Of a stretch of DNA of 64,000 bases, positions 41,202-50,530 are shown piece after piece. The translations under genes and the position numbers were made by a program. Each line of letters opens with the position of its first letter. Position 1 is the first letter of the stretch. Under the pieces are notes generated by a model. The model did no database searches, had not been told where the DNA came from, and saw only the letters and a program-made list of their open reading frames with translations. This stretch comes from Patescibacteria group bacterium (GTDB taxonomy: Bacteria > Patescibacteriota > Patescibacteriia > Patescibacteriales > UBA12465): the NCBI GenBank assembly GCA_028687275.1, contig JAQUAK010000001.1, forward strand, positions 507,024 to 571,023. The letters are read 5' to 3'.

Positions 41202-42494
41202 TTATAAGGAATATTCAGTCAATACTTTTAAATCATTATTAATAGCCTGCTGTAATTCTTGTGGATTATTAAACTGTCGCACCTCTCTAATTTTCTTTAA
41301 TACCTGGACCAAAACAATTTCGCCGTAAATATCAGACGAAAAATCTTTAATTAAAACCTCTAAAGAGACTTCGGCTCTAAAAATATCTTTATAACCAAAA
41401 TGCATCAAGCCTAAATATTCTTCACCCTTTACTTTAATGCTGACAATATAAATTCCATGCACAATATCAAGATCAACTTTATCTAAATTAGCAGTAGCAA
41501 AGCCTAAACTCTTACCCTTGCCTTGCCCCTTAATTACTTTGGCACTAAAAATTATTTTAGACGCCCGCTTTAATAAGGATATTTTTATAAAAGAGATAAG
41601 CAAAAGAATAAAGGCAATGCTTTGAGTTAAATTTAAGTAACTGTGGTTAAATAAATAATCCAAAATGATTGCAGAGAAAGGCCAAAACAATTCTAAAATA
41701 GTAGCAGCCGAAGCGCTCACCCGACGTAAACCAAAATAATAAATAAACATTGCTCCTGCCCCACTAGTTAAAACGATTAGGGCCAAGAAAGACCACTGGC
41801 TAGATGTAATTAAAGCGGTGTTAGTAATTGTGCCACTAGAAACGATTAGCATTAAAGCTAAAAGTGAGGTTAAGGCAAAACGTAAAGCGGCAACAGCGCG
41901 ATAATCCAGATGATTAGCAATACGTTTACCAAAAACTGTGGAAGAGCCAAAGGCGAAAGCGGCAACTACTGCAAAAATAGCCGCATTGTGTTGCCAATCA
42001 ATCATATGCCAACTTAGACCGCTCCCAGCAAAAGCTAAAAAATAACTTGCAATAATTGCTAGAGCTGCCCACCAATAGAATTGCTGAGGTAATTTTTCTT
42101 TTAAAATAATCCGAGCTAGAAATAAGGCAAAGATTGGTTGCAGCTTCTGTAAAATAACTACTGTGGCAAAACCAACCTCACCGTCAAAAGCAGCAAAAAA
42201 AGCTTTAGTAATATAAATAGTACCAATCAAACCACCAAAAAGACTAACCCAAAATATTGCCAGCCAACTTTTCCGACTCATAGCTATAATCTTAGGCCAA
42301 AAGATAAATATAAATGGACTTAACACTAGAAAACCAAGAAAATGCTCCCAAAAGACTAAAATCTCCGGTGGTAAAGAATAAAAGAGGGGACGTAAAAATA
42401 AACCATCAATACTCCATAAAAGAGCAGCCAACATAATCGCTAAAGCACCCAACAACCTAGCCGAAGATATTTTATTACTTTTTAATACAGGCAT
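41202..42494 (-). CDS. Fusion protein: EamA/DMT-family 10-TM transporter (N) + riboflavin kinase domain (C)
   Basis: 430 aa; two EamA repeats in residues ~1-300; C-terminal KVIKGQGKGKSLGFATANL...GIYIVSIKV...EVSLEVLIKDFSSDIYGEIVLVQVLKKIREVRQFNNPQELQQAINND aligns motif-for-motif with RibF flavokinase (GxGRTxGFPTANL...GVYxV...LYGxxIxV..KIRxE.KF.S..EL..QI..D). No FAD-synthetase domain. Confidence 0.75.
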   Translation of the reverse strand: MPVLKSNKISSARLLGALAIMLAALLWSIDGLFLRPLFYSLPPEILVFWEHFLGFLVLSPFIFIFWPKIIAMSRKSWLAIFWVSLFGGLIGTIYITKAFFAAFDGEVGFATVVILQKLQPIFALFLARIILKEKLPQQFYWWAALAIIASYFLAFAGSGLSWHMIDWQHNAAIFAVVAAFAFGSSTVFGKRIANHLDYRAVAALRFALTSLLALMLIVSSGTITNTALITSSQWSFLALIVLTSGAGAMFIYYFGLRRVSASAATILELFWPFSAIILDYLFNHSYLNLTQSIAFILLLISFIKISLLKRASKIIFSAKVIKGQGKGKSLGFATANLDKVDLDIVHGIYIVSIKVKGEEYLGLMHFGYKDIFRAEVSLEVLIKDFSSDIYGEIVLVQVLKKIREVRQFNNPQELQQAINNDLKVLTEYSL

Positions 42495-42597
42495 ATTTTA
42501 TAAAAATAAAAAGATAGATTAATCTATCTTTTCATTTTAGATTATTTTGAGTTTAAATACAAAATAACATCATATATAATTAAATCCCTAGATGAAT

Positions 42598-43401
42598 TTA
42601 GGCCTTTTTCTTAGCCTTAGTTACTTTAGGAGCCTTAGCTTTCACAGTTTTTACCTTAATAACCTTTTCAGTCTTTTTGTCTGACTTAAGGGTCGCCGCC
42701 TTAGGCTTAGCTACTAATTTCTTAACAGCCACTTTCTCTCCTGTCTTTACTGCAACTTCTTTCTTAGCTGCCTCCTTAACCACGTCTTCAATCTTTTCTG
42801 TTTTAGGGGCTCTATTTTTAGAATCTAATAAAGCAATAATTTTATCTAACTTTGCATTTAAAGAATTTAACTGGTCATTAGACATAGCCTCAGCTTTAGC
42901 TGGTCTTTTAGTGTTTGATTCACTACCATGAAAACAATCGGAACAAAAAATTGGTTTACCCGCAGTTGGACGAAATGGAACTTCACATTCATTATGGCAT
43001 TCCTGACAAACTGCTTTAAACATTGCTTTTGGAGCAGAAAAATCACGTTCACGATTATTAGTTGGAGCTGAAAATTCACGATCACGTCCAGAAAATGATC
43101 TTGGCTCTTCTCCACGTTGAATAGCAAAGCAATTACTGCATAAAACAGGTTTAGTGCCACTTGGACGAAATGGAACTTCACAATCGTTACCGCAATCACT
43201 GCAAATAGCGTGATGCATAGTTGGGCGTTCAGAATCTCTCCCGCCACCAAAACCACCTTGGCGAGGCTTACCAAAACCACCGCGACTAGAACCACCGCTT
43301 CTAAAATTGTCTCGTCCGCCAAAACCACCTGGTTTTCTTGAACCTCCTTGAAAATCTTTCATAGTAATAAAATTAATTTTTATAAATAAATTACCCATCA
43401 A
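42598..43401 (-). CDS. Nucleic-acid-binding protein: N-terminal RGG/Gly-Arg box, two tandem Cys4 zinc ribbons (zf-trcl-like CxxCGx3EVPFRPx4KPxxCxxCF), C-terminal Lys/Ala/Pro histone-H1-like tail
   Basis: 267 aa; GGSRKPGGFGGRDNFRSGGSSRGGFGKPRQGGFGGGRD; repeats HHAICSDCGNDCEVPFRPSGTKPVLCSNCF and KAVCQECHNECEVPFRPTAGKPIFCSDCF; tail VAKPKAATLKSDKK...KAKAPKVTKAKKKA. Confidence 0.6.
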   Translation of the reverse strand: MMGNLFIKINFITMKDFQGGSRKPGGFGGRDNFRSGGSSRGGFGKPRQGGFGGGRDSERPTMHHAICSDCGNDCEVPFRPSGTKPVLCSNCFAIQRGEEPRSFSGRDREFSAPTNNRERDFSAPKAMFKAVCQECHNECEVPFRPTAGKPIFCSDCFHGSESNTKRPAKAEAMSNDQLNSLNAKLDKIIALLDSKNRAPKTEKIEDVVKEAAKKEVAVKTGEKVAVKKLVAKPKAATLKSDKKTEKVIKVKTVKAKAPKVTKAKKKA

Positions 43402-43483
43402 AAAAGCAGATGCCTTGTCTGAGCAGAATTATCGTAGCACGTAAAGTAAAATAAGGGAAATATTTCGTAAAGCTCCTTAAATA

Positions 43484-46400
43484 CTATTTTTGAACTTGAC
43501 TATTTTGTAGATAAACAGCCCTTAAGTCTTTCTCATAGCTATAACTCCCCACTGAATAGGGTTTCATCAAATCTATTACAACTTCCTCCCCTTGATCATC
43601 CTTTGAAACTGATCTTTCCAAAGCTTTTTGGAAAAGGCCGGCCCGATTAGTAGAGCGACCATGTTTTTTATCTAAAACTACACCCTGATAATTATTTTCT
43701 TGAGCAAAAGTAATAGTTAAATCCTTTAATTTATTATAAAGCTTCTTAGCGGAAACTTCTGAGACTAAGCCTACAGAAGGATTTGGGCAAAATAATAAAT
43801 ATTTTTTATCTTTAGACTCTGATAAAGTCTTAAGCATAACTGTTCCCGTGCAGCGATTACGCTCTTGATCAAATAAAACCATTTCAAAATAATCTTTATC
43901 CTCCCACATTGTGCTATCGGTAGCCAAACAAACATCACCCACCATCCTTGCTAGAGCGTTCTCCTTATTCTTACTAAAGTAGGCAACAATTTCTCGGTTC
44001 TTCTTTAATTTTTTTTCCTTTCTATCATCATCGATTTCTATTATTTCTTCATACTTAGAGGCCTCACTTTGAATCTCTTGATAAGTACGCGCCTGTGCTT
44101 TTTCCAAATTAGCTAACTGTCCCTGCTCACACACAAGAGAAGCTTTGCCTAATAGACTTTCCGACCAAACTTGAGCAAAGTTATTGAAATTGTCAGCGGA
44201 AAACATAGCCGCCAGTTCAAGAGAATTATTTTTAATAAAATCATGACCCTGAAAAGAATTCTCTAAACTTTTTTTAATCTTTCTTCTAATAACATCATCA
44301 CTAATTTTTTCAGCTGGAATTAGAGATAGATCGGCTTGTATTTTTGCTCCTAAGTTTTGAAGTTTAATGGCAACCTCCTCTTGATTATTTGATTTTAAAT
44401 AATCTTTATCTTCAGAGCGACTAAGATTAGATTGAATTTTTTTAATTGTCTCCTTTAAATTATCGCCATAGCGATCCAACAATTCATCCAGCATAATATA
44501 ATTTTTAGAGTCTTCATCATCTGATTCTTTCAACCTGTCAGCACTAGCACTTATGAATTGGTCATAAGAACCTATAAGTTGATAGGCTAAAACAACCTTC
44601 ATATTTTCGCTATCATAGCCTTTATCATCAAGATACTCGAGCAACCTCCCTTCTAAACTTTTTGCCTTGCCCTCAGGGTTCTCTTTAGTTAAAAATTCCA
44701 ACAACTTATCAGCATCGGCTAATAATTTTACTTCCTCTACCCTTCTTTTATAAGTAGTTAATAATTCAAGATCAGGATTAGCTCCTTCTTTTAAGCGATA
44801 GCCAGTCAATCCACTTAAAGCAAACTTTTCCCCGTCGGGGTTAAACTTTAAATTTTCAAGATCAGAACTCTTGTCTGCATAATTACCTAAATCTTTGTAA
44901 GTATCATAGTTTCTCTGAGGATAAACTAAACGTAGTGATAAAAGATAGTGTTCATCTTCTTGATTTTGAGGCAAATTGTGAGAAATATTATTAGCCTTAG
45001 CTTGTAAAGTTTGTAAAAAATCAACTCTTTCTGCCTCCGTCTTATTCTTGGCAATCTTCAAATATTCTGCCATAAAAGCATAATCAGAAGAAGAGGCCTT
45101 AAAAGATGAGCAAGAGGATAAAAATAAGTCTAAATTAGAATCATTTCTCTCCAAAATTCCATCTGAAATCAAAGAAGAAAACTGTCTCAACAGGCGCTTA
45201 TCGCCATTAAAATCAAAACTTTCAAACTGACGCACATAAAAAGAATCGGCAGGCTTATTTTTAATCTTAGCAAATAAATCTATATCAACATTAGCTTCAA
45301 CAGCCTGATCAAAATCATCTCCAGATAAAGTTAAATTTAAATTGCTAAAATTTAAACTCCCTAGAATATTAACGGCCATTCCACCATCAATTAATTTTTG
45401 TAAAACCTGTTCCTGTTCTACCTCATCTAATAATGTTAAATCTTTACCAAGTAAATACAGTAATTCTTTAGGATGCTCGAGCCCCTTATCTAAAAAATAA
45501 TCCCAAACGCCTATTTTCTGTAAACTTTTAATATTATTATTGTCTGCAATTAAGGAAAAGTTATCATCAATTATTTTTTGGAAGTCAACTGGTGCTAGAT
45601 TAAATTTGCTTAAATTAGTAGAAACTAAATACTGCTTATTTAGACTAACTAAAAAATCAGCCGTTTTCTTACTAAGATTTTTAAATTTAGAAATATTGTC
45701 TACAACAACATCCTGATAACCCTCATTAACTAAAGCTAAAGCAATCTCTTCATCTATGGCATAGTGAGAATATCTTATCTGTCGAGCTAAAATATCAGCT
45801 CGCCCCTCCTTAATTATATTTAAATAATCAGAGCTTAGTAGTTTTTTCTCAAAAACATTACTTAGCAATAAACAGGTATTTTTTTGCTTGGACATTTCCA
45901 CTCGCAATTTATCAAAATCAAAAGAACTAGCAGTGCTAAAAGAAAGACGATTAAAAACAGCCGCCGCATTACCCTGACTCACCATTTGCATGCATTTATC
46001 CAAATCTATACTAGCCATAAAGGTTGGGGGCGCCGCTTCATCAAGCTCCTTATTTAGCCTGTCCCGATCTTGTCTATACTGCTCTTTCTCTCCGACTGAT
46101 AACAAGGGACTAATATCTTCGTCTTCAATAAAAATTCCAAATTTTAAAAATAAAGGATATAGCTCATTCAAATCTTCTCTGCTCTGTATGTTTTTTTGTG
46201 TCCAATTTTTTATTTTTTCATCATTGTGCTGGCTATCTGTAATAAGAGCACTTTTAATGAACTCAACGGGATTAGCGTCTGGAAATCTTTCAAAATTATT
46301 AAAAATATAATCTATATTTCTAGCCGCCATATCTTTAAACACTAGTGGACTAAAAGATTCAAACTTAGAAATGTTTTGGCTAGCGTAGGCCTGATAACTA

Positions 46401-47311
46401 TCACCTCTTTGTAGAAGATCATCAGCCACAAATGGAGGCAATGTTTTATAATGATAGTAATCTTTATTTTCATAAAAATTATCCATTAAACCAAGCTTAC
46501 GCCAAACTAAAGCTTCATCGGCCTGTCGATTACCGTAATACTCTAAATAAGCGCCATTGGCATTTATATTATATGGATACTTGCTAGCGACATAGTTCTT
46601 AGCATCTTCATAAAATTTATTACGTTTATATTCATTAACAGTCACCTCTAAAATATCATCCTGATCTAATTTATCGCTCTCCACAAATTCTTTGGGCAGA
46701 CCATCAAGACCACAAGACAAAAGCATTAATTTATTTGTATAAACAGCATCGGCATTTACATCAACTGCCTTAAGAGCTAAATGTGATTTAATATTAATTA
46801 ACTTCCTCAATTCTATAATATCATTATCTAAATCTTTAACAGGCGATTCCTGGCTGTCCGCTCTAATATCACTTAACTCCTGCAACCAGCCTTGCAATAT
46901 ATCTTCCGATGAAGTCTCAAGGTCTGAACGCTCTAAATAATGAGAAAAAATTTGAGAGGCTAAACCAAACTCTTGATCTATTTTTTTCCAATAATTTTCT
47001 TCCTCTAATTGTTCAGAGGAATCATTTTTTTCTTCCCTTTTTTGAAATAAAGATTTAAATTTATTGACTAAGGGTAAGAGTAACTTATACCGACTAGCTG
47101 CCGCTTCTTTTATTTCCATTTGCGCCTCCGCACAAGCCTCTAAGGCCTCAGGTTCGCGCAAGGACGCTGACAAATCATTATTCTCTGCAAGTGCTGACTG
47201 CTCAGCTTGACTAAAATCAAGCAAGGCATGGTCTACTTTTTTATCCCAATTATTTTCGACCTTCTGTTCATTATTTTCTAAATCATTTTTACCCTTTTCA
47301 AATTGAGCCAT
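43484..47311 (-). CDS. Giant hypothetical protein (1275 aa), acidic, largely alpha-helical, no recognisable catalytic motif
   Basis: Uninterrupted 3.8-kb ORF with genome-typical codon usage; no P-loop, HExxH or other signature found by eye; internally repetitive helical segments. Confidence 0.6.
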   Translation of the reverse strand: MAQFEKGKNDLENNEQKVENNWDKKVDHALLDFSQAEQSALAENNDLSASLREPEALEACAEAQMEIKEAAASRYKLLLPLVNKFKSLFQKREEKNDSSEQLEEENYWKKIDQEFGLASQIFSHYLERSDLETSSEDILQGWLQELSDIRADSQESPVKDLDNDIIELRKLINIKSHLALKAVDVNADAVYTNKLMLLSCGLDGLPKEFVESDKLDQDDILEVTVNEYKRNKFYEDAKNYVASKYPYNINANGAYLEYYGNRQADEALVWRKLGLMDNFYENKDYYHYKTLPPFVADDLLQRGDSYQAYASQNISKFESFSPLVFKDMAARNIDYIFNNFERFPDANPVEFIKSALITDSQHNDEKIKNWTQKNIQSREDLNELYPLFLKFGIFIEDEDISPLLSVGEKEQYRQDRDRLNKELDEAAPPTFMASIDLDKCMQMVSQGNAAAVFNRLSFSTASSFDFDKLRVEMSKQKNTCLLLSNVFEKKLLSSDYLNIIKEGRADILARQIRYSHYAIDEEIALALVNEGYQDVVVDNISKFKNLSKKTADFLVSLNKQYLVSTNLSKFNLAPVDFQKIIDDNFSLIADNNNIKSLQKIGVWDYFLDKGLEHPKELLYLLGKDLTLLDEVEQEQVLQKLIDGGMAVNILGSLNFSNLNLTLSGDDFDQAVEANVDIDLFAKIKNKPADSFYVRQFESFDFNGDKRLLRQFSSLISDGILERNDSNLDLFLSSCSSFKASSSDYAFMAEYLKIAKNKTEAERVDFLQTLQAKANNISHNLPQNQEDEHYLLSLRLVYPQRNYDTYKDLGNYADKSSDLENLKFNPDGEKFALSGLTGYRLKEGANPDLELLTTYKRRVEEVKLLADADKLLEFLTKENPEGKAKSLEGRLLEYLDDKGYDSENMKVVLAYQLIGSYDQFISASADRLKESDDEDSKNYIMLDELLDRYGDNLKETIKKIQSNLSRSEDKDYLKSNNQEEVAIKLQNLGAKIQADLSLIPAEKISDDVIRRKIKKSLENSFQGHDFIKNNSLELAAMFSADNFNNFAQVWSESLLGKASLVCEQGQLANLEKAQARTYQEIQSEASKYEEIIEIDDDRKEKKLKKNREIVAYFSKNKENALARMVGDVCLATDSTMWEDKDYFEMVLFDQERNRCTGTVMLKTLSESKDKKYLLFCPNPSVGLVSEVSAKKLYNKLKDLTITFAQENNYQGVVLDKKHGRSTNRAGLFQKALERSVSKDDQGEEVVIDLMKPYSVGSYSYEKDLRAVYLQNSQVQK

Positions 47312-47316
47312 ATAAA

Positions 47317-47487
47317 TTAACTAAGATTTTTAAAGCTTTGCCTTAGCGATGCTAATTCGTCTTTAGATTTAAGTTTAAGAATCGATTTAATTCGGCGATT
47401 ACGCTTAGCTTGAATACGAAATAAATCAGCCGCAAAATCAGCATTAACGCCTTCAATCGATTGCATTATTTTATCAGCTTCTTTCAT
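47317..47487 (-). CDS. Possible 56-aa micro-ORF, stop 6 nt before the giant ORF start codon
   Basis: Hand translation: MKEADKIMQSIEGVNADFAADLFRIQAKRNRRIKSILKLKSKDELASLRQSFKNLS; below the track's 60-aa cutoff; basic, helical. Confidence 0.25.
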   Translation of the reverse strand: MKEADKIMQSIEGVNADFAADLFRIQAKRNRRIKSILKLKSKDELASLRQSFKNLS

Positions 47488-47532
47488 ATTTATTTATTAT
47501 AGCATTAGTGATAAACACTGTTAATAAAATAA

Positions 47533-47829
47533 TTAGTACATTAAATAAAAATAATAAAATAAAAAAATGTTTTGAACAATCAATAAAGGAATCCCTATCA
47601 AAAAATACCATTTCCTAGTTTTATGGCGAAAAACAAACATGCCGACATAAACACCTAAAGCACCGAAAGCAGTGGCCAGAAAAAATAACTTTCCTTCAGA
47701 GATACGCCCTGATCCATGTTTCTTAGATTTTATTTTATCCACGAGCATAATAGCAAAAGCCGAGATATTAATTACCGTATAAAATAATAATAACTGATTC
47801 AAGAAGCTTAAATTTAAACTGGTCAGCAT
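47533..47829 (-). CDS. DUF1294-family small membrane protein
   Basis: 98 aa; FAIMLVDKIKSKKHGSGRISEGKLFFLATAFGALGVYVGMFVFRHKTRKW matches the DUF1294 signature (DK..A......RIPE..L..A..GG..G....RHKT.K). Confidence 0.65.
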   Translation of the reverse strand: MLTSLNLSFLNQLLLFYTVINISAFAIMLVDKIKSKKHGSGRISEGKLFFLATAFGALGVYVGMFVFRHKTRKWYFLIGIPLLIVQNIFLFYYFYLMY

Positions 47830-47838
47830 ATAATTATT

Positions 47839-49143
47839 TTAATTAAATACACTTAGTTGCCCTGGTTTATTATAAATCTGTGGCCTATTCTCTTGAGCAA
47901 TAATAGATAGCGACAAAAGCTCCTGATCATAGGCAGCCACTTGAGGATCCAGCCGATAGGCCATCTCATTAATACCAGATAAGTACAGGCCATCTAAACT
48001 AGTTAAGCGTGATAAAGCTACATAACCCATGCCGTAACCAAAAGATTTACTCAAATCAATCTCTGCCGCCTCTAAAGTCATGCCCTGACTCTTATGAACG
48101 GTAATAGCCCAAGCTAGACGCAAAGGAATCTGATTTATTTTGGCTAGAATTTTATTTTCATCATCAACTGTCCAGCTATCTGGAGTAACTAAAATTTCTT
48201 CACCAGAATTTAAGCGTACCAAGGGAAACTTTTCATCATCAAAACCAACTACTACTCCCATGGTGCCATTTACATACACAACCTTGTCATCTTTAAACTT
48301 ATTCTTTACAAACATCACCAAAGCCCCTTGCTTTAAAATTAAATTTTCAGGAGCGAGACAATTCTTCTTTAGGGTCTCTAATAATTTCCTATCTCCTTCG
48401 CCGGTCATACGAAAACTAATTTCTTCCGCCTTAATTTTATCTAATTCAGCCTGATTAATACTATCTACATCAGCGTTGTGAGTGTAAAGGCGCACCGGCT
48501 TAATCCCCCGCTTCGGTTTTACTTTTAAACGTGATTCTAATAAGGAGATTGTTTTAGCTTCTAATTTATTCTGGCGTAAGCGTGTTAAAATATTAGTCAT
48601 TTGTTTATCATTCTGACGGTGCTGTTCATCAAGATAACAAATACGCACATCCATTTCCGGCCAAACATTAGCCTTATAAACAAACTCGGCCTCAGCCTGT
48701 CCATGACTAATAGGCGGTAACTGAAAAAAATCCCCCGACATCACAATTTGCAGGCCGCCAAAGGGCAAAGAATTTTGCTTAAAAGTTTGGCAAACGCCAT
48801 CAATCATATCCAGTCGATGAGCGTGCAACATAGAAATCTCATCAATGATTAAAACCTTAGTTTTCTCAAACTGCTTTTTCAAATATGATTTTTTACTTAA
48901 AGCCTGTAATTCTCTAGCATTTAAGCTATCCCTAATGCCAATGCCAGCCCAAGAATGGATAGTGCGACCACCAATATGAGTCGCGGCGATACCAGTAGAG
49001 GCGGTAACAGCGACTCCGATTTCTTTCTTCTTTAAATAAGCAATATATTGGTTCAATAGAAAAGTCTTCCCACTGCCAGCCGGACCAGTTAAAAGGACAT
49101 TGTGCCCTGATTCTAAAATAGTGAAAGCTTCCTTTTGAGTCAT
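47839..49143 (-). CDS. Pif1/RecD2-like SF1B DNA helicase
   Basis: 434 aa; Walker A GPAGSGKTFL, motif II LIIDEISML, GDFFQLPPI (Pif1 family motif), C-terminal AITVHKSQGMTL (motif V/VI). Confidence 0.8.
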   Translation of the reverse strand: MTQKEAFTILESGHNVLLTGPAGSGKTFLLNQYIAYLKKKEIGVAVTASTGIAATHIGGRTIHSWAGIGIRDSLNARELQALSKKSYLKKQFEKTKVLIIDEISMLHAHRLDMIDGVCQTFKQNSLPFGGLQIVMSGDFFQLPPISHGQAEAEFVYKANVWPEMDVRICYLDEQHRQNDKQMTNILTRLRQNKLEAKTISLLESRLKVKPKRGIKPVRLYTHNADVDSINQAELDKIKAEEISFRMTGEGDRKLLETLKKNCLAPENLILKQGALVMFVKNKFKDDKVVYVNGTMGVVVGFDDEKFPLVRLNSGEEILVTPDSWTVDDENKILAKINQIPLRLAWAITVHKSQGMTLEAAEIDLSKSFGYGMGYVALSRLTSLDGLYLSGINEMAYRLDPQVAAYDQELLSLSIIAQENRPQIYNKPGQLSVFN

Positions 49144-49240
49144 AAGATAATTATAGGGTTAATTGAAGTTAGCGACAAGTAAATCACAAGAACGGAAAAA
49201 GCGGACTCTAGCCCGCTTTTTTATAAAATTCATTTTAAAT

Positions 49241-49981
49241 TTATCGTAATGTATAACCACCGTCAACTATGAGAGTTTGACCAGTGATATAGTCAGCCTG
49301 ATTAGAGACCAAGAAAGTAACGGCTTGGGCAATATCTTCTGGCAAACCCATCCTACCCCAAGGGATAGATGCTTCAGTTTGCTTCTTAAGATCAGCGCTC
49401 ATACTGCCGCTAGCACCAGGAGTTTCTATAGCTCCAGGGGCGACACTATTAACATTAATTTTTTGACTAGCCAGTTCTAAGGCCAAGGCTCTAGTCATGG
49501 CCACAATACCACCTTTAGTAGCGCAGTAATGAGTCAGGCCGGCAAAACCAACAAAAGCGGCAATGGAAGAAATGCTAACAATCTTTGAACCTGCTTTCAT
49601 TTTCTTAGCAGCTGCTTGTGAACATAAAAATACGCCCTTAAGATTCACTGCCATAACCTGATCCCAGTCAGCCTCTGTCATTTCTAAAAAAGGTTTAAAG
49701 GGGAAAATACCAGCATTATTAACCAAAATATCAATTTGCTTAAATTCAGTTTCAGCTGCCGCTATTAATTGAGCCACATCTTGAGCCTTGGTGACATCGC
49801 ATTTAAACGCTAAGGCTTGTCCGCCTTTGTTTTTAATCTCAGTTACAAGCTGCTCACAATCTTCAATTTTTAAATCACTAACTAAAACTCTAACTCCAGC
49901 CTCAGCTAAAATTAGGGCGATACCACGACCAATGCCACGACCAGCCCCAGTAACTATAGCCACTTTGTTTTGTAAATTCAT
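49241..49981 (-). CDS. SDR-family oxidoreductase (FabG-like 3-oxoacyl reductase)
   Basis: 246 aa; TGAGRGIGRGIA cofactor motif, NNAG, catalytic S...YxxxK (YCATK). Confidence 0.85.
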   Translation of the reverse strand: MNLQNKVAIVTGAGRGIGRGIALILAEAGVRVLVSDLKIEDCEQLVTEIKNKGGQALAFKCDVTKAQDVAQLIAAAETEFKQIDILVNNAGIFPFKPFLEMTEADWDQVMAVNLKGVFLCSQAAAKKMKAGSKIVSISSIAAFVGFAGLTHYCATKGGIVAMTRALALELASQKINVNSVAPGAIETPGASGSMSADLKKQTEASIPWGRMGLPEDIAQAVTFLVSNQADYITGQTLIVDGGYTLR

Positions 49982-50131
49982 ATGAATAAGTTTAATAATA
50001 TAAAGATATTATAGCATAAATAAGCCTAATATTCTACTAACAGAAAAGCCGGTGTTAGCACAATTAGACATTTAATTAACAAAACAGCCGTCATTATAAA
50101 AGACGGCTGTTTTAAATAATAAAAACTGAAT

Positions 50132-50401
50132 TTACTTTTTGCCTTTAAGCTTTTTTACGCCAGCAAGCAGAACTAAAACTGCGGCAGCAGCACTAATACC
50201 GGCTACAATTTTTTTCTTTGTCTCTACATCTGTGTTATCAAACTTTTTTCTTAACAAATCAACCTTCTTAACTACTTCATCACTAGCTTTTTTTAACTTC
50301 TTTGAAATTTCATCTGTATCTATTTTTATAATCTCTTTTTTTTCAACTTTAACTGGGGACACTTTTGTCTTTTTAATATTTTTTTTAACAACTTTTGGCA
50401 T
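50132..50401 (-). CDS. Lys-rich small protein with C-terminal TM anchor (89 aa), hypothetical
   Basis: ORF; charged N-terminus plus C-terminal GISAAAAVLVLLAGV helix. Confidence 0.35.
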   Translation of the reverse strand: MPKVVKKNIKKTKVSPVKVEKKEIIKIDTDEISKKLKKASDEVVKKVDLLRKKFDNTDVETKKKIVAGISAAAAVLVLLAGVKKLKGKK

Positions 50402-50414
50402 ATTTTTTGTGATA

Positions 50415-50452
50415 TATTCAACTTAAAAATAATTTTAAGTTGAATATATTTA
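50415..50452. repeat. 38-bp perfect palindrome (17-bp arms) ATATATTCAACTTAAAA-ATAA-TTTTAAGTTGAATATAT
   Basis: Arms are exact reverse complements read from the sequence; 14 nt upstream of the 50401 start codon and downstream of the 50531 gene stop. Confidence 0.5.
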
Positions 50453-50530
50453 TTAATTTATTTTTATAAATTTACTTAATGATTAATTGAGCAATTCCTG
50501 CCTAATAAAAAATTATATCGCCGACAAGCT

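Noticed and set aside
42495-42597. FMN riboswitch expected upstream of the EamA-riboflavin-kinase gene
   Set aside because: Upstream region is only ~100 nt, AT-rich, with none of the conserved RFN-element blocks.
42867-43328. 153-aa alternate-frame ORF and 84-aa plus-strand ORF inside the zinc-ribbon gene
   Set aside because: Low-complexity translations of hydrophobic or AT-rich frames inside a gene with clear Cys4 repeats in its own frame; frame artefacts.
50139-50426. 95-aa plus-strand ORF opposite the Lys-rich small gene
   Set aside because: Mirror-frame artefact of an A/T-rich Lys-coding region (polyF/I/S translation); the minus-strand frame is the plausible one.
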